Assembly (NCBI RefSeq): GCF_001194135.2
Contig: NC_068981.1
Location: forward strand, 177,787,942 to 177,851,941
Origin: Octopus bimaculoides
Taxonomy: Eukaryota
Direction: 5' to 3'
Length of the DNA: 64,000 nt
The notes under the pieces are model-generated. The model had not been told where the DNA came from, did not search any database, and saw nothing but the letters and a program-made list of their open reading frames with translations. Positions 24,800-38,634 of this stretch are shown here, piece by piece. Numbering within the stretch: the first letter of the stretch is position 1; each line of letters opens with the position of its first letter. The position numbers and the translations under genes were made by a program.

Positions 24800-25757
24800 C
24801 ATTAGGAGGGCAGAACCATTAGAGTGATAGAGAAAAATGCCTTGTGGTATTTAGTCACACTTACTCTATGTCCCAAGTTCAAATCTTACCAAGATCAACT
24901 TTACTTTCATTCCAAAGGAATTGATAGAATCAAGTACCAGTCAAGTACTGATCTAAATAGTTGGCCTTGTGCCTACATTAGAAGAAATTATTACATTATT
25001 AAATTAACAGAAAAAAAATATTGACTAGCAGTCTTTCTTGGAGGTTGATTGAATACCAACAGTCAAGTACTGAAGTTGATATTATTAACTGATTTCCACC
25101 TTTCAAAATTACTAACCTTGTGCCTAAATTAGAAAGAATCATTGCTATAATTATTAGAAATGGCAATAGAAAGCTGGTAGACTCATTAGTGCATCAGAAA
25201 AAATACTTTGCAGTATTTGTTCTCACCCTTTATGTAGTCAGTTCAAATCCCACAATGATCAGCTTTGCCTTTCATTCTTCCATGGTGGCTGAAAGTACCA
25301 GTGGGGTCAGTGGTATCAACCTTCCCCTCACATCAAAATTGTGGGTCTTGTGCCTAAATTAGAAGATATTATAGTTTCAAATTTTGGTACAGCAGTTTTG
25401 GAGGAAGAGTTGATTACATCAACTCTAGTATTTGACTGGTACTTATTTTATCAATCTCAAAAGGATGAGAGGTTGACTTTTAGACAGTTGAGCACTGGGA
25501 TTCATGTAATTGACTAGACTCTCCTCTAAAATAATTTCAGGCCTTGTACCTATAGTAGAAAGGATTATTATTATTATAAGGTTGGTGGATTGGTAGGTCA
25601 TAAGTGCATCAGAAAAATGCCTCCTGGTATTTCCTGCTATTTTTTTGTCTTAAGTTTAAATCCCATCAAAGTCAAGTAAAGTTTTATCATTTTGGTACTG
25701 GAGAAGACAGAAGTTGATGGTACCAACTAACCTCCTCCCTTAAATTTCAGGCCTTGT
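24800..25757 (+). mobile_element. Cluster of about 4-5 diverged SINE family C units
   Basis: Recurring AAGTACCAG..AAGTACTG and AGGCCTTGTGCC..TAGAAAG motifs. Confidence 0.7.
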
Positions 25758-26157
25758 GTTGTTGGCACTCCGTCGCTTACGACGACGAGGGTTCCAGTTG
25801 ATCTGATCAACGGAACAGCCTGCTCGTGAAATTAATGTGCAAGTGGCTGAGCACTCCACANNNNNNNNNNTGCTCGTGAAATTAATGTGCAAGTGGCTGA
25901 GCACTCCACAGACACGTGTACCCTTAACGTAGTTCTCAGGGATATTCAGCGTGACAAGGCTGACCCTTTGAATTAGTCACAACAGAAACAGGAAGTGAGA
26001 GTGAGAGAAAGTTGTGGTGAAAGAGTACAGCAGGGTTTGCCACCATCCCCTGCCGGAGCATCGTGGAGCTTTGGGTATTTGCGCTCAATAAACACTCACA
26101 ACACCTGGTCTGCGAATCAAAACCGCTGCCCTAACCACTGGGCCATTGCGCCTCCAC
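25758..26157 (-). mobile_element. SINE family A copy, 11-bp TSD with 1 mismatch
   Basis: TCAGGCCTTGT (25747) / TCAGGCCCTGT (26158); contains a 10-N gap. Confidence 0.88.
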
Positions 26158-26213
26158 TCAGGCCCTGTACTGAGTTCATAAATAATAATGATGGTCACTC
26201 CTGTTGATTTGAG

Positions 26214-26259
<46 letters not shown>

Positions 26260-26479
26260 ATAAAAGAAAATAACTTTAAAAATAAAAGTAGCTGCATGAT
26301 AGTTGCATTAATGTAGTTTGAGTCCAGGCACGGATTTTGCTACGAAGTCACAATGAGGACACACACACATGGTTTTAATTTTACCTGGGACTGGGCAAAT
26401 GTCTGCTGATTGCAGGATAATTTTTTTATTGTTCTGTTTCTTCAGCTCAAATTGTTTTGATGCATCATGACACATGTTA

Positions 26480-26960
26480 CACCATGCAGATTGATCTAGG
26501 CAATAACTTTCTCAAGATGTCAAATTAAGTTGTAGAGATTTTAGTTATTGCTTCAAATTTCCCTTATATTTTAAGTACAGGGTTTTCCTTTACTGTGGTA
26601 TCCTTCTATTTATTAGCCATACAAAAAAATTTTCAGAATGCAATCATCTTTTCATTCAAATATGTCCTAACCATCAGCACTGAATTCTCAGCAGCATGCA
26701 TTTGATACTGAAGATATCACATTTTCCTAAGATTCTGACATTTGATATCTTATCTTGCCATTTTATATTGCAGATATTCCAGACAACACATGTGCAAGTT
26801 TCAAATTTTTTTTGTTTGTAATAGGAAGTCCATGCTTGTGCCCCATACAAAAGTGTGCTCAAAATATGAGATTTGTATACAATTATCTTAGTTTACAGAC
26901 TGACACTGTGTTCATCCCACAAACAATGGGAAAGTTTTCCGAAAGCACTTTGTAGCCTTA
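26480..26960 (-). mobile_element. RTE/BovB-like LINE ORF2 fragment
   Basis: AFGKL..LW..., TKIIVY...LSTLLYGAQAWT, NIKWQDKISNVRIL. Confidence 0.75.
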
Positions 26961-27049
26961 GTTATTCTAACATTGATTTCATCAAGAATACTCTTAAAGT
27001 TTACTGTACTTCCAAGATATTTAAATGACCTGACCCATTTTAATATTAG

Positions 27050-27820
27050 AATAAAGGGCAGTGAACTGATAGAACAAGTTAAGCACAAGAGGAAAATTTC
27101 CTTGAAGTATTTAGTCTGTTTTTTACTTATTCTGAGTTCAAATCCAACCAGGACTGATTTTACCTTTCATCCCTCCTTAAATTGATGTAATTGACAAGAC
27201 TCCTCCCACTAAATTGTTGTTAGCACGCTGAGCAAAACTGCTTAGCAGTATTTCTTCTGGTATTTTACTTTGAGTTCAACTTTGCCTTTCATCTTTTCAG
27301 GATTAAGTATCAGAAGATGGTGAGCTGGCAGAACCATTAGCACACCAGACAAAATGCGTCACAGAATTTATTCTGAATTGAAATTCTGTTGAGGTTGACT
27401 TTGCCTTTCGTTCTTTCAGGGTTGATAAAATAAGTACCAGTCAAGCACTGGATCAATGTAATCAACTTAGCCCCCCCCCCCACTCAAAATTGCTGGCCTT
27501 GTGCCAAATTTTGAAACCATTTTTATTATGAGAAGGCTGCAAGCTGGCAGGATGGTTAGCGTGCAGGACAAAATGTATAGTGGTATTTTGTCTGTCTTTA
27601 TGTTCCAAGTTCAAATCTTGCTGAGGCCAACTTTGCCTTTCATCTTTTCAGGATTAAGTATCAGAAGATGGTGAGCTGGCAGAACCATTAGCACACCAGA
27701 CAAAATGCGTCACAGAATTTATTCTGAATTGAAATNNNNNNNNNNGGGGGGGTTGATATAATTAACTAGCCCCTCTGCATCAAATTTCAGGCCTTGTGCC
27801 TATAGTAGAAAGGATTATGA
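27050..27820 (+). mobile_element. Cluster of SINE family C units
   Basis: Same unit as 2418-5640. Confidence 0.7.
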
Positions 27821-28845
27821 GAATATTGCAGGACACTTTGAACAAAGGGTGCATGTACATCACAAACACATGTAAGTTAGATGCCTCATTTAAGAGCAAA
27901 ATTCCAATAGTAGCTTTCAGTTTTTTTTTTGTTATTTTCTTTCATGAAGCAATCCAATCTGTGACTATTTACTTACCATATTTTATAAGAGACAAAAAAA
28001 AAAAAAAAGTAAAAAGAAACAAACAAAATAAGATCATGAAATATTAGAAGGATGACAGGAAATAAGAACACGTGGCAAATTCTACGACAAAGAGCAAACA
28101 CCTGTACAAGTTCCTTTATTAGATAAATAATGATCACATGAAAGGACTACTGTACATATTGGAGAGGAGTTATCGTCGTCAAGACAACTAAAGTTGTAGA
28201 GGTGGTGAAGTAGCGGTGGATGCAGCTGCATTGGGCATTGGCATTGTCTGACTGCACATTCTTGTGGCAATCCATATACACTATGATGACAGTCATACAA
28301 GTAAAGTCCAACTGACGTAGCTGCCATAAGAATAGAGGACCAAACAATATCAGTTTCTGATCACACACACACACACACACATACATATGCAAACACACAC
28401 ACACACATGCAAACGTGCACACGCACACACACACACGCATGTGTATGTTTGTGAGCATTAGAGGTAGAGAGTAAATGGCTGAAAAGATGAATCCTTCAAA
28501 ATAGTCACCCCATTTTATTATTGTAATAAAGGATTAAAATAAACCTCAGTTACTGACAAAAAAAAAAAAAAAAGTTGTTAAAGCATCTTTTAGTTTACAA
28601 TAGTTCAGATGTTAGAGAGAGAGAGAGAGGTGGGGGGGCAGAAGAAATAAGTGGTATACATCAAAAGATAATAGAACCTCTGGAATCCCTACAAAGTTTA
28701 GAATTGCTAATTTCTGTCATATTTTAATCAATATAATTAAGTTGGTTTCTTTTTTGTGTCTGGTACATATTTTTAAAAAAATATTTTTGACATTTCTTTT
28801 GAGCAAGTAATGAAAATTTATCTGGTGAACAAATGTTTACTAACT

Positions 28846-29683
28846 NNNNNNNNNNNNNNNNNNNNNNNNNNNNNNNNNNNNNNNNNNNNNNNNNNNNNNN
28901 NNNNNNNNNNNNNNNNNNNNNNNNNNNNNNNNNNNNNNNNNNNNNNNNNNNNNNNNNNNNNNNNNNNNNNNNNNNNNNNNNNNNNNNNNNNNNNNNNNNN
29001 NNNNNNNNNNNNNNNNNNNNNNNNNNNNNNNNNNNNNNNNNNNNNNNNNNNNNNNNNNNNNNNNNNNNNNNNNNNNNNNNNNNNNNNNNNNNNNNNNNNN
29101 NNNNNNNNNNNNNNNNNNNNNNNNNNNNNNNNNNNNNNNNNNNNNNNNNNNNNNNNNNNNNNNNNNNNNNNNNNNNNNNNNNNNNNNNNNNNNNNNNNNN
29201 NNNNNNNNNNNNNNNNNNNNNNNNNNNNNNNNNNNNNNNNNNNNNNNNNNNNNNNNNNNNNNNNNNNNNNNNNNNNNNNNNNNNNNNNNNNNNNNNNNNN
29301 NNNNNNNNNNNNNNNNNNNNNNNNNNNNNNNNNNNNNNNNNNNNNNNNNNNNNNNNNNNNNNNNNNNNNNNNNNNNNNNNNNNNNNNNNNNNNNNNNNNN
29401 NNNNNNNNNNNNNNNNNNNNNNNNNNNNNNNNNNNNNNNNNNNNNNNNNNNNNNNNNNNNNNNNNNNNNNNNNNNNNNNNNNNNNNNNNNNNNNNNNNNN
29501 NNNNNNNNNNNNNNNNNNNNNNNNNNNNNNNNNNNNNNNNNNNNNNNNNNNNNNNNNNNNNNNNNNNNNNNNNNNNNNNNNNNNNNNNNNNNNNNNNNNN
29601 NNNNNNNNNNNNNNNNNNNNNNNNNNNNNNNNNNNNNNNNNNNNNNNNNNNNNNNNNNNNNNNNNNNNNNNNNNNNNNNNNNN
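28846..29683. other. Assembly gap
   Basis: Run of N. Confidence 1.
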
Positions 29684-29724
<41 letters not shown>

Positions 29725-32700
29725 TATATGTACATATATATACATATAGATATATATACACATATACATACATATATACACACACGTATACATACATATA
29801 CACACATATATATACATACATATGTATACGCATACATATATATATGTACACATATACGTATATGTACATACATACATACACACATATATATATCGACTTT
29901 TCAATTGCATTTTGCTCTTTTCTCCTCTGACTACTTCAATTTTTCCCAAAACCAGAATTAGTTGATTTATTTACATCCAAATAAAGGAGAAAGGTGAATA
30001 AGATTTAATATCAGAACCTAATTTGTGAACTGAAAAGTTAGTTATGAAATGTTTTAATGAATGATGATAATGAGAAGAAAAATATTTTCTGAAAAATTCT
30101 TTTTGTTAATATATCCGATATTGATTTGATAACGATGAAGAACATTATGAAAATAATACTTTTTCTAAAAAAAATTTTCTTCATTCTTGAAACAAAACAA
30201 AAAAAAAAAAATCTTGCAGCTTTCAAAATTGTAGTATTTATAAAATCAAGAACAGGAGCATTCATATGATTGGTCTATTGAAGCAATGTAAATCAACAGA
30301 TTGTTGAAAATATTATTTCAAAGCTCACTGTGTATGATATGAAATGAATGACTTCTTAGATATAAAAACTTAAAGCAAACAGGACTAAGTCTAATGCCAT
30401 GATATAAGAATTCTAATGAGAAATGAACTTATGCTCAATGAATTATATATATTCTTCATTAACAAGAATGAAACAAAGTAGATACCTTCCAAGATAATAC
30501 TCAATACATAAAACATATAGAGTTAATATACATTTATTTATACAAATGATCACACTATAGTCATTTCATCTGAAGGTCTTATGAAGTATGATATATATTT
30601 TACAGTATTCATGTGGCTATAATGGCATGATATGGGAATTGCATATAGCCATATCCATTGCTTCTTACAAAAGAAATATTGATTCCTTTTGCCCAGGCTC
30701 AAAGCCCTTTTCTGTTTACCCTAAGTGTATTATTTTATCAGCTTTAGAAAGATTAAAAATGAAATTAACCTCATGCAAACACCCAGACAGAATTTTTTAA
30801 AACAGGAATGTGAAACTCCAACCAAGAGACTATAAAATAACAACTCTTACTTTCTACTATTTACTCCAATCCTAAAACCTCACAAGAGAAATGATTATGA
30901 AATAAAAGATAATAAATATAATTGAGATAGTAAATATTATCAGTATTAAGAAGAAATCCATTATAGTTTTTTTATAACAACAATTTTCGATTATTAACTT
31001 AATTTCCCTCTAGAAGAAATGCAATTATGCATTGATGGTTTTAATCTCTCAGATACAAACATAAGATTCTAAAGCAACAATTGTTAGAAAAACAAAAAGA
31101 ATACAAATCTGCCTTTTAAGTAATTAATATCGGGGAATTATAATTGATTTCTACCAAAACTAACTGGTAAAATGGTCAATCCCTGATTGCTGTATTAATA
31201 AGAGTTAATGAAAAGCTTTTTGGGGGTGGGGCAGATTCTGGTTGAAGATCTGTCAGAGTAGAGATGCAGTTGTTGGGCTTGTAAGGAATATGTGATATAT
31301 AAAAAGATGTAGACTGGTTTAGATTTTAGAGTAGATTTAAGAAAATAACTTAAAACTATAGTGAGGTGAGAAGCTGCAAAGATATAGAGATTTGTTTGAT
31401 GTATTGGAGAAATATGGGGGTGGAGGGTGAAATGTACAATGAGATGCAATGATGTAAAAATAAGTAATGATGAAATACATTAGTGATATAATGTTTTGCT
31501 TTTTTTGTCTTTTTTTGTGGGTGGGGTTTATACAATATTAATGAACCTGTCTTTGAAAATAATTTTTAAAAAAAATGTTCTTTTGCTGCAAAGTTTGGAA
31601 AAAAGGTATAAAATCTGTCTTGCAACAGAACTGTGAACCCAGACAATAATGAGTGATTTCAGAAACGTAATAATGAGGGGAGAAATAATTATAAAGGATT
31701 CAGCTACGTCAGTTACCTTAAAACATTGAATTCAGATATACAAGATGATTTAAGCCCATGAAAAATATATACACACACAAAGGAGAAAAAAATAAAAAAT
31801 AAAATGGGCCTCACCCCCCAACCCTCTTAACTGTTATGACAAACCACACTTTACTTTCATCCAGTTAATAATGTTGTACAGTCACTTATATTCCAACATT
31901 TATACCTGTGCAAGCAATTATTCATCAAGTGTAAAGGGAGAAAAAATTCTAGATGATGTGAAACATTAATAAAAAAAAAAAAGCAAGCTATTATACTATC
32001 AATGGTGAGTTTTTTTCTTCTTCATATTTTCAAACCATATTTATATGTATTTTTTTAATTATTTTAAATGTCATTCTTTTAAGTCTTACTCCACATATTT
32101 AGTTAAAAATAATTTTTGAAAACACCAACAATTCAACAAATCTAAAAGTGGTTGGCTTAAAATATACAATTTCAGAATTCTTTGATACTGCCCTTTACGG
32201 TAGTTTATTGTAGTGATATGTTGGTGAGGGACCTGACACAGGTAAAATGGAGAAGATTTTTCTTAACTGCAAAATTTTTTCTGGCAGCAATATTTTAAAT
32301 ATGCTACAACAATGACATAAGTAATAGTACTAAACAGCTGTTCTGCATGTATACACACACTGATGTGTGTGTATGTGTGTGTGCGTATACATACACACAC
32401 ATCAATATAAATATATATATATATGTATATCTATGTGTGTGTGCATATCTACCCACACACACACAAACATAAAAACACATGCATACACCTTCTTTTAAAA
32501 GCTAAGTTGAGGAAATGCCAATAAATTAAGTCAAATACTTTGCTGTTGCAGTCACAAATTAACAATAATTATGTGGGTTTTTCATTCTCACTGTTTCTGC
32601 TCTCTTTCAAATAACACATTCAAGACCTCCCCATAAAATAAATTGCATACATACATACATATATGTATGTATGTATGTATATATGCACAAAAATCCTATT

Positions 32701-33597
32701 ACTACAAAGACAATGTATGCCACAATGCACAGAGAAATCCTCACAATGAAGAATTTTTGGCAACTTCATTTTGTTCATCTTGTGGGTTTAATCTGTGACT
32801 CTACTTGGTAAACACTGACCACAGCCTCCAATGCAATACTGACCACATAGATACGTGAAGTGAGGTTCTAAGTTTAAACAGATGAACGCTATAATTTGTA
32901 GTTGATTTTTTTTTTTTTCTTCTTTTTCATATGTTAAAAACTTTTTGTAAAACCTTGCCCTTAGAAGAAATACATTCTTTTGAAAGTTGCTCTCCGCATT
33001 CATTCAGAATCTTTCATACATCCAGTTTTAATGTTTTTCTCTCTTTTTTTGTTTGTTTGTTTAAATCCTTATTTGTCCAACAGCAATATTTTACAAATAA
33101 AACATAAACATTAGGTAGCAGATTTTCTTTTATCCTAGTGTATATCCAAACTGATAAAAATAGATAAGAAAATAGTAAGTAATGGGACACACCAATTCAA
33201 TTAAGTATGTAAAGAACAGATTTAATATACCTATCCAACCCATTCCAAAAACAATAAAATCTTTAGCTGACTAGTTTTTTTTTTTTCTCTAAATATTGGT
33301 CAAAAGAAAAAAAAAAGTATGTTACTCTAAACATTGGTCCAGAGATGCAGCATTGAAACAAATAGAATTTGTATCAAAGTACTGCATTAAGGTGCAAGAT
33401 ATAGAATACATCTACTCTAATGTAAGAAGTAAAGTTACTTTTCATTATAAAGAAATTTAAAGGCTTAATTGCTATTGGTATATATAGCAAACAACCGATC
33501 AAATTACAAAATTACGAGAAAAAAAACCTCCAAAAAACCCAACAAAAACGAAGTGTTAGAAGTTGTAAAAAGGCCCTGCAATAATAATAATAATAAC

Positions 33598-33639
<42 letters not shown>

Positions 33640-35048
33640 TGCTGTGTCAAAGACAGAAGGATAAAAACACGCATAACTGGATTTGATGGATATAAGGTGT
33701 CAGGATATGTAATACAGAAATGGAGAGGGGGTTGGGGAAATCTGTTGAGGGTTGATAAAATTAAAGGTTCTTGTGAGAAGAAAAGTATGTGGGTGAGGTC
33801 AGAATGAGGACAAAACAAACAAAAAAAAAAGTGAGTGGTAGAGATGGGGGTGGGGATTTAAGCATACTGGAAATTTGAACCTAATCCAGGCAAGTAATAA
33901 TTGAAAAATATATGTATATTTATATATATATATTTATATATATATATATATATTGATTTATTTATTTATATTTATATATATTCATCTATATGTATATGAT
34001 AAAATTGGATGTGATATTTTTCAATTTTTTTCCCTTTAATTTTTTTTTTATATTTTATTTTCTAATATTTCTTTTATTTTCTCTCTTTTTTTAACGCCCA
34101 TCCACTGTACAGGAGTTTGACAGGAGAGTCCACCAGATCAATGGCTGCCAATTGCTTTAAAGACAAAAATACAAATCAATATTTTGCTAAATTGTTTTTT
34201 TTTCTTCATTTTTTTTTATCTCTCCTTTGGGGGGTTTTTTTTTTTTAAATCTTCATAAAAAGACTGAAATCTTCCCAGCATAATTTGTCACTTGAAAGTT
34301 GCTATTGTTAGGGGAGGATTGGTTTAAAAATTGCTTAAANNNNNNNNNNAAAAAAAAAAAAAAAAAAAAAAAACCTGAAGAAAAAAATTCCCTTTTGTCC
34401 TTTGCTTTTTAAAGATCAATCAGTCGGTGGCCTTTTTGTTTCCCCCATTTCCAAGAATAGCCGTTGTAAAGAAATGTGTTTGGTTGGGACCTGAGACCCA
34501 TCTGAGCAGTGAAACAATGAAATTGTGTTTAACTGCAGTGACAATTGTCAAATACAAGAGTCTTTACCTGCTGAACAGTTAAGTTTCTTTTCCTTTTTTT
34601 TTTCATTATCATTATATATTTGTGTTTATTTTATTTTATTATTTTTTTTACATATGTAAACCATTGATCTAAAAAGGTTCAACTTGATTGTTGCTGTCAT
34701 CATGACCCTCTGAGGTAACACACCAGCCTCGTTTTGGGTCACAATTAAGAAGGAAGCATTGCATTTCGCAGCAACTTCTCACTTATGGTTGACACAACAT
34801 TCCAACAGATTTGGAGCTGGAAATGTTGATGTCAGAATTTTTTCTTGTTTTCTTTTCATTTTTGAAAATTTTTGTTGTAATTTATTTCGCCACATTTTTA
34901 CCAGTTGTTTTATTTTAACTCTTTTTTTTTTTTGTTTTGGTGAGAAATTTGTTTCACTTTATTTTTATTTTTTTCATAGATTTTTATTCAGTCTTATGAT
35001 TTAATCACTGGGTATGCTAGCTGGGATTTGCAGTTACTGTAGTGTCTC

Positions 35049-35204
35049 CTAAGAGTCAAACAACGACAAAAGATCATCATTATTGTTACTGCCATTCCCA
35101 CTGTTCCCTGAGCCAGGTGCACCACCAGTGCCATCTCCGCTGTTTTCAGGAGGACCCAAATATGATAAAAGTTCCATTGGATCACCTATGTTCTCAGGAA
35201 GAAG
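35049..35204 (-). CDS. ZMIZ1: ZMIZ1 last coding exon (LLPENIGDPMELLSYLGPP...NNNDDLLSLFDS*)
   Basis: CATTACAG|CTT; TAG at 35051-35049; resembles the ZMIZ C-terminal motif LLPE..DP.ELLSYL.PP...NDDLLSLF. Confidence 0.96.
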   Translation of the reverse strand, partial: LLPENIGDPMELLSYLGPPENSGDGTGGAPGSGNSGNGSNNNDDLLSLFDS

Positions 35205-36151
35205 CTGTAATGAAAAGAAAAATTTCTATTAAACATTTATTCAATACATTTTTTTCTAAACAAGTGACAAGTTTAAACAAATATGTTAACTAAACCTGAA
35301 GAAATAAGAACTTAACTGAACCTAAAAGCTATCTCAAATCCAAAATCGTAACAAATTTTGGTCATTATAAGAAGGAAAAAAGCAAGAAAGATACAAGTTA
35401 TAAAGCATCAGTCCATAATATTATACAGTAACAAGTCAGAGAGGTCTATAGACTTCATGCTACAGTGCAAGAATTATTTCTTCTCATAGAAATAACAAGA
35501 GTGAGGCTGAGAAGTTTGCTTCCTAACAACATAGTTTCAAGTTAGGTGCAGCTATATGGCACTGTGCCTTCGGCTATAGCCCCAGGTTGACTAAAGCCTT
35601 GAGAGGATTTGGTAGATGGAAACAGAAAGACGCTCATCATAAATGTATGCGTGTGCAAGTGTGTGTTTGTGTTTCCTTGTCTTGACATCATGTGATGATT
35701 GTAAAAGAATATCACAGTCATGGGAAAATATTACCTTGCTTGGAAACAGGTAAAGGTTGGTAATAAGAAGGACATCCAGCTATAGAAAATCTGCCTCAAC
35801 AAATCCTGCTTGATCTGAGCAAGCATGAAAAAGTGGATGTGAAAACAATGATGATGATGATGATGATGATGATATGCACGTTCATTTACACTTGTGCATT
35901 GCTGAAAATAGTGAGCTACAGGTGTCGCTGTCAATCCTTCTGTCAACAAATGGTCAGCTGGCTTAGCAACTTCAAAACTTGCATGTGAAATAATAAATCC
36001 CTTACTTGAAAAACAATAAGGGTTAGCAACAGGAAAGGCATCCAGCTGTAAAACAATGCCTCAGTAATATATTTGCCTAACCCATGCTAGCATGGAAAAA
36101 CAGATGCATAAACTAACAAAAACAAATGAATGAAGCAAAATTAAAACATAC

Positions 36152-36551
36152 ATCAAGTGATTCTTGTCCTTGTCCTTCTCCATCAATAATGGCAGCTGGG
36201 TCAAAGTTCAAATCTCCTAAATTTCTATGGTGTGATGAAGTGTCTGTAGTAGGTGTATTACTTGGAGTGGAGCTGTTAGGCTGATGACTGAGCGGATGGC
36301 TGCCATTTGATGAACTGTTGGGAACTTGTGATTGGCTGGGCGGTGTCATGTGATTGTTGATGCTAGAAGGATTCTGTTGGTGTTGCTGCTGTTCCATTCC
36401 AGGATGAGAAGATCTCAGCTGTTGACCAGTCTGTTCAGCAGCACTGGGATTATACTGGCTTGAAGGAGGTGGCGGCAGTGGTGGGGGTATATGGCCACCC
36501 AGTTGTTTGTCTGTTGAATGTGGTGGTTGCTGTTGCTGATGTTGCTGCTGT

Positions 36552-36586
<35 letters not shown>

Positions 36587-36741
36587 CTGTTGTTGTTGTT
36601 GTTGTTGCATTGGTGGTTGTCCACCAGGTGGCCCACCAGCCATATTCTCATTAATATGACTTAACTGTCCTGGAAAATCTGGAGGTCGGCCTTGAAAATT
36701 CCCACTTCCATCATTGTAGTTACTACCTGTGAATGGTGCTC
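36152..36741 (-). CDS. ZMIZ1: ZMIZ1 exon, C-terminal Pro/Gln-rich region with polyQ (APFTGSNY...GQGQESLD)
   Basis: TTTTTCAG|GA ... GAT|GTATGT; 590 nt; phase 1-0. Confidence 0.93.
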
Positions 36742-37331
36742 CTGAAAAAAATAAATGAATATATTCCAGACATCATGTACCACAAACTCATTCATATAGT
36801 AATTCCATACTTATAGTTTGTTAACTTTAGATTTCATTTTACTTCAAAGCACAGATAATTTATTTTCTCTCTTCAAATGAAATATTATATCTATATCAGT
36901 TCAACCCAAGTACAGCAAATTTAAATACAAAAGCATTTATAAAATATTACTGGTCTTGGTAAGAACAGTTTCTGGAATTCACTGAAGAATTAAACCACTG
37001 AGACAATATAAATCTGACATTAACTTTGATATCAAAATAGTTCAAAGTGCTGTATGTTTCTGTTTTCATTCCTGTAGATATCTTTTATTATCAATAAAGG
37101 GGCTTTAGGAGGATAATTTAAATCAAAAAGTGAAAAGCAACAGGAATGATAGAAAAAAGAATCTGACTTCCTTCAATTTTGATGCACAACATTCTGCATT
37201 TACTGTATTGGAACTTCTTTCTCAATTAACAAAATTGTGAGACAAAGAAAGAGAAGAAATTTATTTTACCACCTAAACTTTTCAAAATATATACTTTAAA
37301 ATAAAATCGAATCAATGCTAAAGATTTCTAC

Positions 37332-37469
37332 CTTGAGAGGCAGGAGGCAGGGGATAGGGAGAATGCTGGCGAGCATTTGGACCAAATTCCCATGAATTCA
37401 TAGTTGGTAAGGGCATACTTGATGGAGACATGGCTTTCATCCAGCGACTGTTACCACCACTGCATTGTT
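37332..37469 (-). CDS. ZMIZ1: ZMIZ1 exon (QCSGGNSRWMKAMSPSSMPLP...PPASQ)
   Basis: CCTTCAG|AA ... G|GTAGAA; 138 nt; phase 1-1; preceded by a 100-nt intron. Confidence 0.92.
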
Positions 37470-37569
37470 CTGAAGGGGTAACAAGAAAATTTTTTTTCTT
37501 AGTAAGAATTCTAAAATGGCTGCCAAAATTAGCAAAGTAAAAAAATAACTGGATGAAATCAAAATTTAC

Positions 37570-37730
37570 CATTTTCATCAGGTTCTTGTTTCACGGCTGT
37601 CTTTAATGGTACAGGTTTCCAGCTTGCAGTCTGGTCAATAGTAACTTCTTCAAAATCTGTCTGAGCCAAATTATTGAGAACCGCCCAAATATACTGGTCA
37701 ATTTCAAGACCTTCCAGTAAAGCTGTTTTG
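37570..37730 (-). CDS. ZMIZ1: ZMIZ1 exon ([15 protein letters not shown]...[16 protein letters not shown]...PDEN)
   Basis: TTTTCAG|C ... G|GTAAAT; 161 nt; phase 2-1. Confidence 0.96.
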
Positions 37731-37769
37731 CTGAAAATGTGCAAAAACAATTTTTGTTCAGATTCTATA

Positions 37770-37823
<54 letters not shown>

Positions 37824-38505
37824 TACAGAAACATTAGCATAACACATAATAAATACTGCAAACAGAAACACATATAACAAATATCGAAGACATTAAAATA
37901 CTATCTAAAAGATTGCTGATGTTGCACCATTATCACATTAAATTGTAAGTAATCTAGTGTTGTAGTAAAGTAAATATTAATCTTTTTAAATACATTTTGT
38001 ATCATCAAGAATTGTTGGCAAATCAATCTAATTCTATAGCAAGCTGAGCCAAAAGAATCATACTTTTCTAAACATAGATGGACAGAGCAATATGCACTCA
38101 CTCACACATACAGACACACACAAAAAGATACATTAATGGTTTGACATTGTCATTTGAGTTGTGTTATATACCTACATTACATTTATTGAGGTTAAAAGTA
38201 CTTTGTATTTTCTATGTATTATTTGGCAAAATGCCTTATAATTTTAGAATAAAAGCAGCTATTCGTTTTTGCTCCTTCCTATGAGATAGAGTAATCTCAA
38301 TGTTCATATAACTAAAACAAAATGCTGATCAATAACTTTGCAAATCAAATATTTTGTTAAAAGACGAGAAAATTCAGGACTAATTTACATTCGTTACATA
38401 GTAATAAGTATGAGTAGTGTTGGAAGTTTTATGTAGCATCTATACAATAAGAAGAAAAGCAAACATTAATTTGCTAATCTTTGAAGATATAAAATATTTT
38501 ACTTA

Positions 38506-38634
<129 letters not shown>

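Noticed and set aside
25821-25910. 40-bp direct duplication inside a SINE
   Set aside because: Identical copies sit on either side of a 10-N gap; a scaffolding overlap artefact.
27280-27735. Exact ~105-bp duplication in the SINE cluster
   Set aside because: The second copy ends at a 10-N gap and is identical amid diverged units; probably an assembly artefact.
28724-29961. ORFs of 350-385 aa
   Set aside because: They span N runs and TA/CA microsatellites. The same holds for the ORFs at 348-966, 15445-15991 and 61438-62481.
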